A program made the translations under genes and the position numbers. A model generated the notes under the pieces. That model was not told the DNA's origin and did no database searches. It worked only from the letters and a program-made list of their open reading frames with translations. A stretch of DNA of 64,000 nucleotides from Podarcis muralis (Eukaryota), in the NCBI RefSeq assembly GCF_964188315.1, contig NC_135657.1, positions 37,262,001 to 37,326,000 on the forward strand. Direction: 5' to 3'. Below are positions 51,368-63,043 of this stretch, piece after piece (the stretch's first letter is position 1; each line of letters opens with the position of its first letter).

Positions 51368-52235
51368 ATCTTCTTTCTTCTTTGGCGATCACTCGTAGCT
51401 AGGTAAAATTGTCTTCCGTGAACATGGTCTTAACAGTGAGTCCAATTCTGGATCCATTTATCCTTCCACAGTGGGGAAATAGGTTTCCGGGGGGGAGTTG
51501 ATCACAATGAGGGTTTGCCAAGTATGCCTTCCTCTTACCACGTTTTCCACTTTCGTTCAAGTGTCTTCAAAGCCCATGACACCTTTGGTCAGTGGCAGAG
51601 GAAGCCGCCCGGGGCGGGGCGAAGGCGGGGCACGCTGCCTGTAGGGACGGGGCACATCACGGGGCCTCCCGAGTCTGCCTGCCTCCTCCCACTCAACCAC
51701 CCTACAGCTGGGGGGGGGGAGGCAGCGGGCAGACCATTTGGGGCAGCGCAGAACCTGCGGGCGCCCAAGCCACCATGTCACTCCCAGGAGAGATGTGTGG
51801 CTCGGGTGCGCTGCAGGCCCCACTGTCAGTGCTGCCCGGCATTTTGTCACCCCCCTCAGTGGTGACACCCGGGGCGCACCGCACCCACCTTCCTCCGCCC
51901 CTGCCTTTGTTAAGGGCTGTTCTCCAAATGGAGCGCTTGCAGGCCAGTGTTTCCCAATTGTCAGTGCTTATTCTAAAATTTGCCTTGAGAGAGTCTTTAA
52001 ACCTCTTTTGTTGACCATCAGCATTATGCTTTCCATTTTTAAGCTCGGAATAGAGTAGCTGCTTTGGAAAATGATAACCAGGCATCCAAACAACAGGACC
52101 AATCCAACAAAGTTGATATTGAAGAATCATTGCTTCAACACTGGTGATCTTTGCTTCTTCTAGTACACTGGCATTAATTCACCAATCTTCCCAAGTGATA
52201 TGTAAAAATTTTTGGAGACACCGTTGATGGAATCT
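51368..52235 (-). mobile_element. 5'-truncated RTE-clade LINE, interrupted by a hAT MITE
   Basis: RFHQRCLQKFLHITWEDW..LCWIGPVVWMPGYHFPKQLLYSELKNGK..QQKRFKDSLKAN..TKGVMGFED (RTE ORF C-terminus), then CGAGTGATCGCCAAAGAAGAA tail. Confidence 0.9.
51590..51903. mobile_element. GC-rich hAT MITE inserted in the RTE
   Basis: 15-bp TIRs CAGTGGCAGAGGAAG / CTTCCTCCGCCCCTG; 8-bp TSD CCTTTGGT (51582-89) and CCTTTGTT (51904-11). Confidence 0.88.
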
Positions 52236-52249
52236 TTCAAGGAGCTGGA

Positions 52250-52570
52250 GCTGGTGTTTTCCTGGGGAGAGCATTACACAAACGAAGAGCCACCGCAGAA
52301 AAGACCTGTTCTCTTATGTTGCTTCCCTCCAGACCTCTCAGACGATGCATGTCACAGGGTCTGAGCTCGCTCTTATGGGGAGAAGTGATCCTTGAGGTAT
52401 TGTGGTCCTGAGCCATTTAAGACTTTATAGGTCAAATCCAGCACTTTTAATTAGGCCCAGAAACTATTTGGCAGTCAGTGCAGTCAGGCCAAGATCACAG
52501 TAATGCGCTCAAACTGTCTTGCCTTGGTGAGCGACCTGGCTGCTGAATTCTGCACTAGCTGAAGTTTTTT
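52250..52570 (-). mobile_element. Decayed L2 ORF2 C-terminal fragment
   Basis: KLQLVQNSAAR..LH.LPNSFWA*LKVLDLTYKVLNGSGPQYLKD-like translation with stops. Confidence 0.78.
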
Positions 52571-53737
52571 CCAGGCACATTCTTGTGGATTTAACAACTG
52601 GAAATTAGCAAGTAAAGTTTTTCTGATACGATGGGGAAGTTTCACTTACTAAATTTCCACCTGCTAGGAGGATGGGTGGGGAGCCTGCCCTATCAAGTGC
52701 CAGGTAGAATAGGACCACAACTGCCATTACCACCAGCACAAAAAAGGTGATAACAAGATGATGTCAGTACCCCCTATCCCAAATAAAATTGTGTATTTGG
52801 ACTCTCAATTATGTGCTTCAGGCCCTGTGCATATAGAAAGCTAGTTGAAATCAATGGTGGAGCAGTTAAGTAGCTAATTGATCTGAACCGATGCTCAATA
52901 ACAAACAAAAATCAGGAGTTAATGATTGGTTGGAGAATCTTCAGCTAAGAAGCCACCCCCAAGGTTTAATCCCAAACCACTAAGAAATTACAGAAGTCAG
53001 CAACAAAGTGTATTTTGCATTGGTTTGCCAACTCTTCAAATGACCATTGCAGCGATAACTTTTAAGATCAGCTTGATGTGCAAACATAACTGGGTAATAC
53101 TATTTATCTTCATGTTGTATAAAGCTTCACCTTTGGCCAGCTGATAACTGAATTTTAAAGATACTGTTAAAGGTCCAACATAGGCTAGATTTCTACTAGC
53201 CAGTTGGCAGCCTTCCTTATTAATCAATTAATTAATTAATTAATTATCCCACATTTCTTAAGGAAACTTAGAACATTTGAAAACATTATAAATTATAAAT
53301 GACAAAATAATAACAAGCTAGTTAAAAAGAATAAAGTACATCACAATGTATTTAAAACCAACAATTCTTGCCCTCTGATTCTGTGTTTATTTATTGCACA
53401 CAGAATAATGTTTATCCTGGACCTTTAACAGTTACTGTATAGAAAAAGGAAGTCCACCATTGCAGCTTCTAAGGTGGTGGTGGTGAGGCACCTTCTGAAA
53501 TCCCCTCTTCTGTTTCACTTGTATAGGCTGCTTCTCAAAATCGTGAAGCATTCTGCAAACATAGAAACTGAGCTTTGGACAACAAAGTTAGATGCAGCAT
53601 GAAGATGCTGTAATGGGGGGTGGGGGGAGACTTAACTTCACATTTTTTAAGAAGAGAAAACAACCAACCCAATACAACCAACCGTTCAAGGCTCAAGCTT
53701 CATGCCCAAATAAAGTGGCACGCCGCTACTCATAAAC

Positions 53738-53873
53738 CAGGCATAGGCAAACTCGGCCCTCCAGATGTTTTGTGACTACAACTCCCATCATCACTAGCTA
53801 GCAGGACCAGTGGTCAGGGATGATGGGAGTTGTAGTCCCAAAACATCTGGAGGGCTGAGTTTGCCTACGCCTG
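53738..53873. mobile_element. URR1-like hAT hairpin MITE
   Basis: CAGGCATAGGCAAACTC...GAGTTTGCCTACGCCTG; perfect 8-bp TSD TCATAAAC. Confidence 0.93.
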
Positions 53874-54054
53874 TCATAAACAAAGCCCAAACTGGCACCC
53901 ACACTGATTTCGTGTCTAACATCACATAGATAAAACCAGGGGTACTAATAACACCCCTAGCCCCACACCAAGAACCACCATCTAAGGTCCACCTGAACAC
54001 ACACCTGTGCTGCGCTGCACTAAACCTTGATCACAGAAACCCAGGGCTGCAGGG

Positions 54055-54225
54055 CCTGGGCATCGCCAGGATTTTTGTTGGGTGACGGGGAGGACTTGGT
54101 TAGGGAGGCAGGACTTTTGTTAGGGGAGCAGAACTGATGTGATTGGTGAGTTACCGGTAAGTATTTCATTGAATTAGTTGATCTAGGCAGGGCAGCTGCC
54201 CCCCCCCCCCCCGGCTACGCTCATG
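54055..54225. mobile_element. hAT MITE (CATGGGCGTAGCC-type TIR)
   Basis: CCTGGGCATCGCCAGG / CCGGCTACGCTCATG; 8-bp flanks CTGCAGGG and CTACAGGG. Confidence 0.75.
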
Positions 54226-54320
54226 CTACAGGGGGTGTTACAGGACTTCTATTCCTACAAGCTGCAGAAAATCCACAGCCGAAGCCTCCTCAGCAGATGG
54301 TTTTCCAGTCTCTGCTGAAA

Positions 54321-54482
54321 GGAACAGAGGAAGCTGTCTTACACTGAGTCTGCCTTGCTCAGTATTGCCTGCGATCCTCGGAAGCAGCTCCCGAGGGTTT
54401 CCCATAGGTGATGCTGGGAACTGAACCTGGAATCTTCTGCATGCAAAGCGGATGTTCTCTCACCAAGCTATGGTTCTTCCCC
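54321..54482 (-). mobile_element. Degraded tRNA-derived SINE
   Basis: gaactgaacctggaatcttctgcatgcaaagcggatgttct antisense tRNA-like head; related to 17349-17532. Confidence 0.6.
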
Positions 54483-56650
54483 AAACCTCCTTCCATAAAT
54501 GCAGCACGAGGCAATCCTTTATTCTGCAGGAATCCTCCCGCAGTGGAAAGCGATGTTATTGCAAGTTGACCATGACCATTTCATGGTCAAAACTTTAACT
54601 CTATTTATTTAAATAGGTGCTCAAAAATGCACTATATTATGGGACATTGCTTTCGGAAAGGGTGTGTAGAAGGCAAACTTGTGTTCAAAAGGGAAATTTT
54701 ACATTAATTAATTTTGTGAGGACTTTTTTTTTAAGAACTGCATGGAGAAATTGGGTAAATCAAAGTTAAGATAGGAAAAATAAGGAACTAAGAAAAACAG
54801 AAATTTACAGACTTGTCTATCTCTACTTGGGAGCAGGCCCCAATTCAGTGCTATGGGGTGGGCATCTGAGTAGAAACCAAGGAAGAAAATTTGTAATATA
54901 TTTCTCCAAGCGGCTGTCTCTCTGTCCTCTCGCAACCGGTTACCAGAGATCTTCCCTCTAAGTCTGCCATCACATAGAACTCTCACAGAACCTTTATTTT
55001 ATTGACGTGCCTAATTGCCCCTAGCAGCTGAGAAGCTTGCCAGCTGTTGATTTCCTATGGTGGGCTGCCAGGTTTATTGGAGGGATGGCTGCTACTGAGT
55101 TTCCAACAGCAGAAACTAAATTTTGACGTACAGAAAAGCATTCCTATGCCAGGGAAAGCATCAATTTCTCTGAAGCAGGTTGCAGTTACAAAGCGACTGA
55201 AAAAGAACCAAGTTTACTTGTGTGGTTTTTGTTTTTGTTTTAAAAAATCCAATTCCTTGGTGCTTGTCTGCCAGATAAAACTGCCAGGAGCTGTGGAAGC
55301 AAAAATATTGTATCCTTCCCGACCCTGACTTTTAGCATCCCCACACCCTGTGTCTAATTCTGCTTTGGATTGATCCACCTGAATTCTCTGTGGTATTGAC
55401 AACTCCCCCTGCCTTTGAAACTAATAATGCCAAGGCTGTCTTTGTTTTAAAACGACAAACTTAATTTTTGTCCTCTAAAGTTCTTACATTGGCTCATGAA
55501 AGCAAAAGCTTTCATCTGTCTCTGGAACACCTGCTGGGACACATTGGCATGGCAGGTGCTAATATAAGTTTAGTGTTGTGCTGCTATTAAAGTACATTAA
55601 GAGTGATCTTTCAGGGACCGTCAGGTGGTCCAAATTCAAAGGTGTTTGTTTTTTTTCTAATAAAAAAAAAGGAAGGAAGAAAAAGAGGCACAACAAAATG
55701 CCTCTCTAATGATCCAAATAACTGCTAGATGCCTTGCCTGTGGCTTGTTACAAGTTTTTAGCTATGTTCAGTGAGAGAAGGTTGTGTTCAGGTTCCTCAG
55801 AAAGCCCCCCGGAAGGAATGTGTTAAAGAAAATGTTGTGGGAATCAGATGTGCTGGAACCAGAGCCAGTTTGGGTGGGTGGGGTGCAAAGAGATGGATTT
55901 CAACAAGATGCCCTCAGTAAGTCCCCTCCCCCCTTTCTGTCACCTACGTGTGCAACTCTCAGGGGCAGCCCCCCAAATTTTTTTGCTGCCTGAACTAGAA
56001 CAACAAATGGTGTCCCCTTCTACCAAGTCGAAATGAATACTGCTCAAGTTATTTTGGTACTTGAGGCAGAAAATTCCACAAGCACTTCTCCCCCTCCCTG
56101 GCAGAATAACACAATACTGATAAATAGCTAACAATTTGCTGCCCTTTTATGACATCCATAATCAGCTGCCAGAATCGGCTGCCACACTATACCTCCCTGA
56201 CCTTTATCTCCTTTCTCCATCTTTCTTTGCTCTCCCTCACCCCTTAATCTGTTTAGTTTTATCCCCCCCCCCGCCCCCGCCATTTGCTCAATTACGGATC
56301 TGGCAGGTCATATCACAAACACTGCTGCTTGGGATGGGATGAGCAGAAGCATTATTTATTTGCCTCAGCTGTTTCTGTCTCACCTTTTACAGTGCAACCC
56401 TATACCTGTCTATTCAGAAGTAAATCCCATTGAATTTAAAATGAGTTCCTCCCAGGTAGTGATAGATATTTGCAGCTTTGAAATGCCTGCGTGGACAACA
56501 GTTTCCACTTGCATCTGTATGATGTTAATCCACTGGCAATTAGTGCATATGCAAACAGTGGCCTTTTCCCCCACCCCCACCCCTTCCACCAACACTGTCA
56601 AGGAGGATTCAGCATGGGGCACAATCAGGGCAGGCTTAATGGATAATACA

Positions 56651-56651
<1 letters not shown>

Positions 56652-56695
<44 letters not shown>

Positions 56696-57128
56696 TATTT
56701 ATTTATACCCCACCCATCTGGCTGGGTTACCCCAGCCCCTCTGGGTGTCTCCCAACAGAATACAGTGGTACCTCGCAAGACGAATGCCTCGCAAGACGGA
56801 AAACTCGCAAGACGAAAGGGTTTTTGGTTTTTTGAGTTGCTTCGCAAGACGATTTTCCCTATGGGCTTGCTTCGCAAGACGGAAACATCTTGCAAGTTTG
56901 TTTCCTTTTTCTTAAAACCGTTAATACAGTTGCGACTTGACTTCGAGGAGCAACTCATATCACGCGGTGTGGTAGCCTTTTTTGAGGTTTTTGAAGACTT
57001 TGGTGATTTTTGAAGCTTTTCCAAAACTTTTCCGACACCGTGCTTCGCAAGACGAAAAAACTCGTGGAATGAATTAATTTCATTTTGCGAGGCACCACTG
57101 TATTAAAAAGATGATAAAACCTCAAACA
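56652..57128 (-). mobile_element. L2 3'UTR with (TTA)14 tail, interrupted by MITE D
   Basis: Reverse complement of 56696-56760 matches the L2 UTR at 14395-14455; (TAA)14 at 56652-56693. Confidence 0.8.
56763..57100. mobile_element. Tc1/mariner MITE family D
   Basis: TA-CAGTGGTACCTCGCAAGAC...TTGCGAGGCACCACTG-TA; six TCGCAAGACG internal repeats. Confidence 0.92.
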
Positions 57129-57424
57129 TAGGGGAGCAATGCCTCCCCATAGCTGTGGACAGTGGAAGTAGGAATCCAACAATTTCAAGAGGGCCACAGC
57201 TTCCCCATCTCTCAAAGTAGAGATGTTCAAGATGTGAGACACACCTTGCCCTTCCTCATCACCCACTTTCCTTCAAGAAGTGGTTGGGCACTATGCGTAG
57301 GGTCTTCCAAGATGATCTTGTGATACGTGGGAGCAGGCAGTCTCTTGGACAACCTTTTAAAACCGTAAATAGTTTGGGATCAGAGTAGAGCACCACTTGT
57401 GCGTTTCTCTCAACATGATTGTGA

Positions 57425-57670
57425 TCATTTATTTATTTAATAAAATTTATACACTGCTGGACTGTAAAAACAACTACAACAACCCTCAAAGCAGTTTACA
57501 ATAAAATAAAATAAAACAATAAGATCAAGTAAAAGAAGAGAGATTCACAACCATACTTTAAAAACCATACAAAAGTTAAAAGGCTAAAACCAATTAAAAT
57601 TACCTCAGCTCTCTAAGCATCTAAGGAGGCTTGTCTAAACCAAAATGTTTTTAGCAGGTGCCAAAAGAAA
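57425..57670 (-). mobile_element. Old L2 3' end
   Basis: tttatttatttaataaaatttatac..aaagcagtttaca antisense L2-type tail and UTR; approximate. Confidence 0.45.
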
Positions 57671-58003
57671 GCAGGACAGTAAAATTACAGCGAAGAGACA
57701 GCAGAGCTGCAGACATGCTTTGAAAATGCTATATAGCATGCCACAATGGCATTGCTACTATGCCATCAGTGTGTTGGGAGAGAATCTTAATGGACATTGT
57801 AGGGGGGTCTGGTTCACATGGAAAGCATATTTGCCTTCAGCAGTCATCTCTCCTTCAGGTCTTCCCCCAACATAAGGACAATGTTGAGGAATAGTCAACA
57901 TGGGGTTCAGTGTGAGCAGGATGCCCAGACACAGTCCACTCTCTCTCTCCCTCTTTACAGAGTTTCAACTGCATGGAGAGAAACACCTGAGCAAGGCTTA
58001 AAA

Positions 58004-58260
58004 CAGTGTGGTGTAGTGGTTAAGAGCGGTGGACTCCTAATCTGGTGAACTGGGTTTGCTTCCCCGCTCCTCCACATGCAGCTGCTGGGTGACCTCGGGC
58101 TAGTCACGCTTCTTTGAAGTCTCTCAGCCTCACTCACCTCACAGATTGTTTGTTGTCCGGGAGGAAGGGTAAAGGAGATTGTTAGCCGCTTTGAGACTCC
58201 TTAGGGTAGTGATAAAGCGGGATATCAAATCCAAACTCCCCCCCCCCTCCTCCTCCTTCC
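58004..58260 (+). mobile_element. tRNA-derived SINE with L2-type tail (Squam3-like)
   Basis: CAGTGTGGTGTAGTGGTTAAGAGC box A and GGGTTTGCTTCCC box-B-like motif; GCCGCTTTGAGACTCC..AAAGCGGGATAT L2-type 3' end; pyrimidine tail. Confidence 0.85.
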
Positions 58261-59204
58261 TAGACCTTTATCCTCCTGGAAACAGAGTGACAGACAGTGT
58301 AGCTCCTTCAAAATGGTATGTTCTCTAACACTTGAGCCAGCTAGAAACCCAATTACTGCATTTTTGCACCACCTGTAACTTTTGGACAGTCTTCAAAGGC
58401 AGCTCAACATAGCGTACATTGTAGTAGTCCAATCTAGATGTCATTGAGGAATTCAGTTAACCATGAAAGAATGTTATCTTGGAACTATCGAGGACAAAGG
58501 AACATTTCAACAAGGATATTGTGTGTGGATGCACAATGTTGTCACAAACGATGGAGCCTTTTGCATCTTTTTACCTTTCATTTCTCCTTTGCTACTTGTT
58601 TTCATCTCCGGCTGCAATTTAACTTTCAAAAACCCTCTAAAAGCATGAATAATAATAATAAAAAAGTGCATGGATATCATCCGTCTATGATTGCAAGAAG
58701 GCCCAAGGTCCCTCGAAAACAGTAATTACATATGACAAGTAAACATGGGTCAAGAAGCAAAGTCATGGGTCAAGAGCTATTTAAGAAAGAGAAAGCAAAA
58801 GACAACAATAAATGGCTGAAGTTCCAACGCTAAGAATGAACTGCTGCATGTTTCAAGTGTTTACCATTAAAGGTTTGGGGAAGCAAGTGAATAATGAGGT
58901 GGTTAAAATCGACGTACAACAGCTGTTGAAGCTAATGAAGTAGTTGCTGAATGAACAAGATGGTGACAGGTAAAAAATCTAGCCGTGAAAAACTCAAAGG
59001 TAAATGCACTCTTTTAAACTAACCATTTACATAAATGATTTCTAAATTAACTAGCAGTTTTGGAAGGCATCCTTGTTGAACCCATGAGCTGCTCAAAAGG
59101 GCCTCAGTAGTGGTGGCAATTGGCCTACCCAATTGGCTGTATAACATTGAAACTATTGCAAGGTCTCTATGCAAGGCGGTGTCTTGCCTTCTGCTTCAGC
59201 AGCA

Positions 59205-59620
59205 GGAGCACACCCTCCAATATTTCTCTGATGAAAAGATGGACAGCCTACTATTATTATTATTATTATTACTACCCCACCCATCTGGGTTGCCCCAGCC
59301 ACTCTGGGTGGCTTCCAACATCTATAAAAACGTAATAAAAAAATCAAATATTAAAAAACGTCCCTGTACAGAGCTGCCTTCAGATCTCTTCTAAAAGTTG
59401 TGTAGTTACTTATTTCCTTGGTTGGGGTCATGGAACTCCACATCCTCTAACATTTCTCTGATGAAAATAAGGACATCCTACCATACCCTCCAACATTTCT
59501 CCAATGAAAATAGGGACGTCCTTATGAAAAGTGGGACATTCCAGGATCAAACAAGAAACAAGGACGGCTTCTGTAAATCTGGGACTGTCTCTGGAAAATA
59601 GGGACGCTTGGAGGGCCTGC
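59205..59620. mobile_element. Degraded hAT-type MITE (CCCTCCAA..GGGAC repeats), interrupted by L2
   Basis: Three ccctccaacatttctc..atgaaaatagggac-like units; terminal gggacgcttggaggg. Confidence 0.5.
59252..59420 (-). mobile_element. L2 3' end
   Basis: KEISNYTTFRRDLKAALYRDVF* plus UTR and (TAA)n tail; paralogous to the 13835-14471 terminus. Confidence 0.88.
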
Positions 59621-59814
59621 AGGAGTATTTAAAAAAGGAAAGTCAATTAGAAGTTCACATTGTTCTGGTAGAAAGGATGACACTATTCTTGTTATGAAAA
59701 GTCCATAGGAGTTGAATGGACGAGTTGTTTGCTTCTAGAAAGCACAAGGATAAAGTAAACAATATCAGTACATCCAAGTCATGAGCTATATAGAGGATAA
59801 ATTACTGATGACTA

Positions 59815-60001
59815 TGTTCTACTTCCACTGTTGGAGACTGCATGGTTCTGAATACCAGTTGCTGGAAGCTGCAGGAGAGAAGAGTGCTGGTACTCTTAGG
59901 TCCTGCCCACCCGCTTCTCACAGTCGGCTTCTTGGCCACTGTGACAACAGAATGCCGGACGAAATGAGTCACTGGTCAGAACCAGCAGGCTCTTCTTATG
60001 T
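59815..60001 (+). mobile_element. CR1 3'UTR fragment
   Basis: ttggccactgtgacaacagaatgccggac..ccagcaggctcttcttatgt terminus. Confidence 0.62.
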
Positions 60002-60883
60002 GAATATTATTGTTTATGCTCTCCCAAAATATATATGAAAAAACAAGAAAATGTTCAGTTATACTGAAAAGAGAAAAAAGATTTGATTTTTTTTTTACTC
60101 AATGCATAATTTAGTTCATCCCCATGAGGTAAAATTCAGCTTAAGAGATCAGTATGAATCAGAATAGGATTATCCATTTATTATGAATAAAGTAATGTAG
60201 ATATTGCTATTTAAAAGGATAATTAAATACGGATAAAGTAACTTGTATATTCCCTTATCTCTTTTGATATGAAAAAGTAAGCACAGTGCTTGAGGCATTA
60301 AATTGGTTGAGAGCCAAGCGAGACTATTCCACAGCTGGTCCCAACTCTGACGACTGCTGAATTGTGTGCTTTGTTTCTAAAATATTTTACTATAAAAAAT
60401 TGAAATATTCAGGTGGGAGGCACTGGATTGAATACACGTAGCCTTAGCCTTTGTATGGCAACCTTTAATTTCCACTTGACCGCCATAGTTCTGTTTTAGA
60501 TGAATAAATCAATAAAATAAATAACCTAATGCACCAAAATTGCAATAATTTATAGATGAAGCTGGTGGTTGATTATATAATTTATACGGTACAATTCGTG
60601 TATTTGGCACTATGTACATTGATAGTGCTGTCTTATCAGTTAAATCTTAAGCTGTATTCCTCCCAGTCATACAATGCAAATGTGAAGAGACAGCAGAGGG
60701 GGATGGCAGCAAGGGTAGCAAACAAACAACAGAAGGAGGGATGAGAAAGTAAAATGGAACAAGGGATGAAACGTAGTTGCACATACTGTATAAGCCCTTA
60801 ACTGTGCAAGGGAAGAGAACTGGGACTCAGTTAGATTGGGGGGGGGGGCGGGTGAGGGGAAGCAATTTATATGTGTTGTATAC

Positions 60884-60914
60884 GCGATACCACACTGTGC
60901 CACCAGATGGCAAC
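60884..60914 (+). promoter_or_regulatory. Candidate CTCF site with upstream module
   Basis: Core TGCCACCAGATGGCAAC (consensus CCASYAGRKGGCRS, one mismatch) preceded by GCGATACC, which resembles the upstream GCAGTACC module. Confidence 0.45.
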
Positions 60915-61154
60915 ATTTTTCCCTACTGGATTTCCCTGTTTAAATTTACAACGCGTTCAACTGAAGCGCTTTTTTGATGGACTATTAAGAACAGAGGCAG
61001 ATTTAGGGGAGTGTGAATGGTTCACCCACACTGGCCACCGAGTCGAGTGGGCGCCGCAGGGATGAACAATGGAAGGCAAGAGGCGGGGGGGGGGGGGATT
61101 TTGACATCGCACAGGGTGCCGCTGAAATTTCAAAGCCCAAAGTCTGCCATTGCT

Positions 61155-61222
61155 TAGGAACATAAAAGCAGTCTTGTTAATCAGGCCAAAGGCCCATCTA
61201 GTCCCGTATTCTGTTTTCACAG
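61155..61222 (-). mobile_element. CR1 3' tip
   Basis: ggaacataaaagcagtcttgttaatcaggccaaaggcccatctagtcc antisense CR1 terminus. Confidence 0.6.
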
Positions 61223-61244
61223 TAACCAACCAGATGCCTATATG

Positions 61245-61370
61245 TAAATGGACTCCTTCAGGAGGGATGGATGACTATCTGCCAGAGGTTCTTCAACTGT
61301 GACTCCTGCGTTGTAAGAGGTTGGATGAGGTGACCCATGGGGATCTTTGCACTCTACAAGTCTATGATTC
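61245..61370 (+). mobile_element. CR1 3' end whose (ATTCTATG)n tail is split by the LTR
   Basis: ttggatgaggtgacc..ctctacaagtctatgattc; tail resumes as gattctatga at 62313. Confidence 0.65.
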
Positions 61371-62312
61371 TGTCAGGCTTCAGTGAATTCTGATACTCCC
61401 CGCCCCCTCACAGCAGACAGCCAAGGAGTAGACAAGGAAGCTCTTACCGAGTCTTTATTCAGTATACACAACGAGAGGCTCCTGTACTCTGCCTCTTAGA
61501 ATAATGGCATTGCTCCAACTGAGCTCCTCCTCCTCCCCTTCCTAGCAACAGCACTTCCCCTTATGGCGGCCACCAGTCCTTTGCTCTTCCACTTTCAATG
61601 CACGCCGGGTTCTGGGAGAAGGGGTGTGTGTGTGTGTCAGAAATACTCTCCAGTGATAACGTGTCATCTGGCTGCTCTGTCTCTGTCTCTCCCTTCTCTT
61701 CTCCCAACTCTTCTGTTCACCTGTCTCTGAGCTGTGACCTTCCTCACACCACTGCTGTAATTCAGTACAGCACTGCCTTCCTGTAAAGGCTGGTGTTTCC
61801 CCTTCGCAGTAACACTCTGGCACAGTCAGCATTGTATTTATGGTCTTTATTACATATATACAAGAAACAGCTACAGTTCAGAATTACGCGTCCAAACCTG
61901 TTGAGTCAGATTCGGGGAATGGCTTCCTATGATTCCCGCGCCAGCAAAGTAGGCGTGGGAATCGCGTGAGATGCCTTTGATCCTTATGTTTCATTTCCCT
62001 CCATGTCTGTGCTGATTTGAAAGCCCCCTCCCTTCCTGAGTCTGAGCTTCCTTCCCTGAGCCTCTGGGTGGTTGCAAGGCTCTTCAGCATCCCTGAGCCC
62101 CTGCTCTTCCTGGCTACTCTCCGCCCTCTCTTCCGCTTCCTCTGTCTCTGGGTGGTTGTGGGGCTCTTCAGCATCCCTGAGCCCCTGTTCCGCCTCTTCT
62201 GTCCTTTGCTCCTCTGAATCCTCCCTGACACTTCCTCTTCTCTGGAAGGTTTGGGGGGGGGGTCCTCCACCATTTCTCCTCAATCTTGTCCCCCTCAATC
62301 CAGTCCCTGACA
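61371..62312 (-). mobile_element. Solo LTR-type element (942 bp, composite)
   Basis: TGTCAGG...CCTGACA termini; perfect 5-bp TSD GATTC (61366-70 and 62313-17); AATAAA on minus at 61454-59 and 61846-51. Confidence 0.85.
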
Positions 62313-63043
62313 GATTCTATGAGGTAAGCAGGCTAGGTGTTTGTATTAATTTATTTAGCGAAAACTGAATAAACAAAGTAATTTTAAAAAAACCACAACG
62401 CTAAGTCAGGGTACACTAAACAATATAAAACAATCCGCAAAACAAAGATAAAATGAGCAAATATTAAAAACAAGTATACATAAAATTGGGCTGAATCCAT
62501 TAGGCCATTCTTGTATTCTTTATAGGATGCTGTAGGCAGGAGGTTTACATTTGCTAAATAAAATGCTGTCAGTACCCAGGAATCACGGGAGTGCTGGGCT
62601 ACTGCTGTTATTCTGTTGCGTGCTAAAAATATGCTCGCTCGCTCTCTGGTTAGTGGCTGGGATGCATTTTATGTTAAATTCCTCCCAGAAAAAGGAAGCT
62701 ACAAGCTACAAAGGAAACTACTGCAATTCAGATGAGCCAAATAGGTGTGGGGATAAAAACACAATGTTTATTTTAAAACATCTGATGTGTAGTGGACTCT
62801 TGGCAGTGCTAGAATTGTACCTGGCTGAAACCTGAATCTTCCAATGTTTCATGCAGACGTTGCTGTCAGGTTTCAGCCAAATTCCAAACCCTGAACCTGA
62901 GATATTCTCCTGAGGAGGAGGAATAAGGGGAGGAGGGCCCTCTGGGGAGGTCCACCACTGTCAGTGGCCTCAGAAGCATCCACCATTCCCACAGAGCCTT
63001 AAGACCCAAGCATTCAAGCTGCCTAGGCTCCCATACATATTCC

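Noticed and set aside
51769-52014. Perfect Kozak GCCACCATG and an 80-codon ORF in the hAT MITE
   Set aside because: The ATG lies in an imperfect palindrome whose partner arm suggests ACG-to-ATG CpG decay, and the ORF reads into antisense RTE.
56339-57024. 224-aa and 204-aa opposing ORFs with poly-Ile
   Set aside because: Poly-Ile is the (TAA)14 L2 tail; the rest is MITE D and flanks.
58004-58080. tRNA gene
   Set aside because: The tRNA-like boxes are the head of a SINE that continues into an L2-type tail; no complete cloverleaf.
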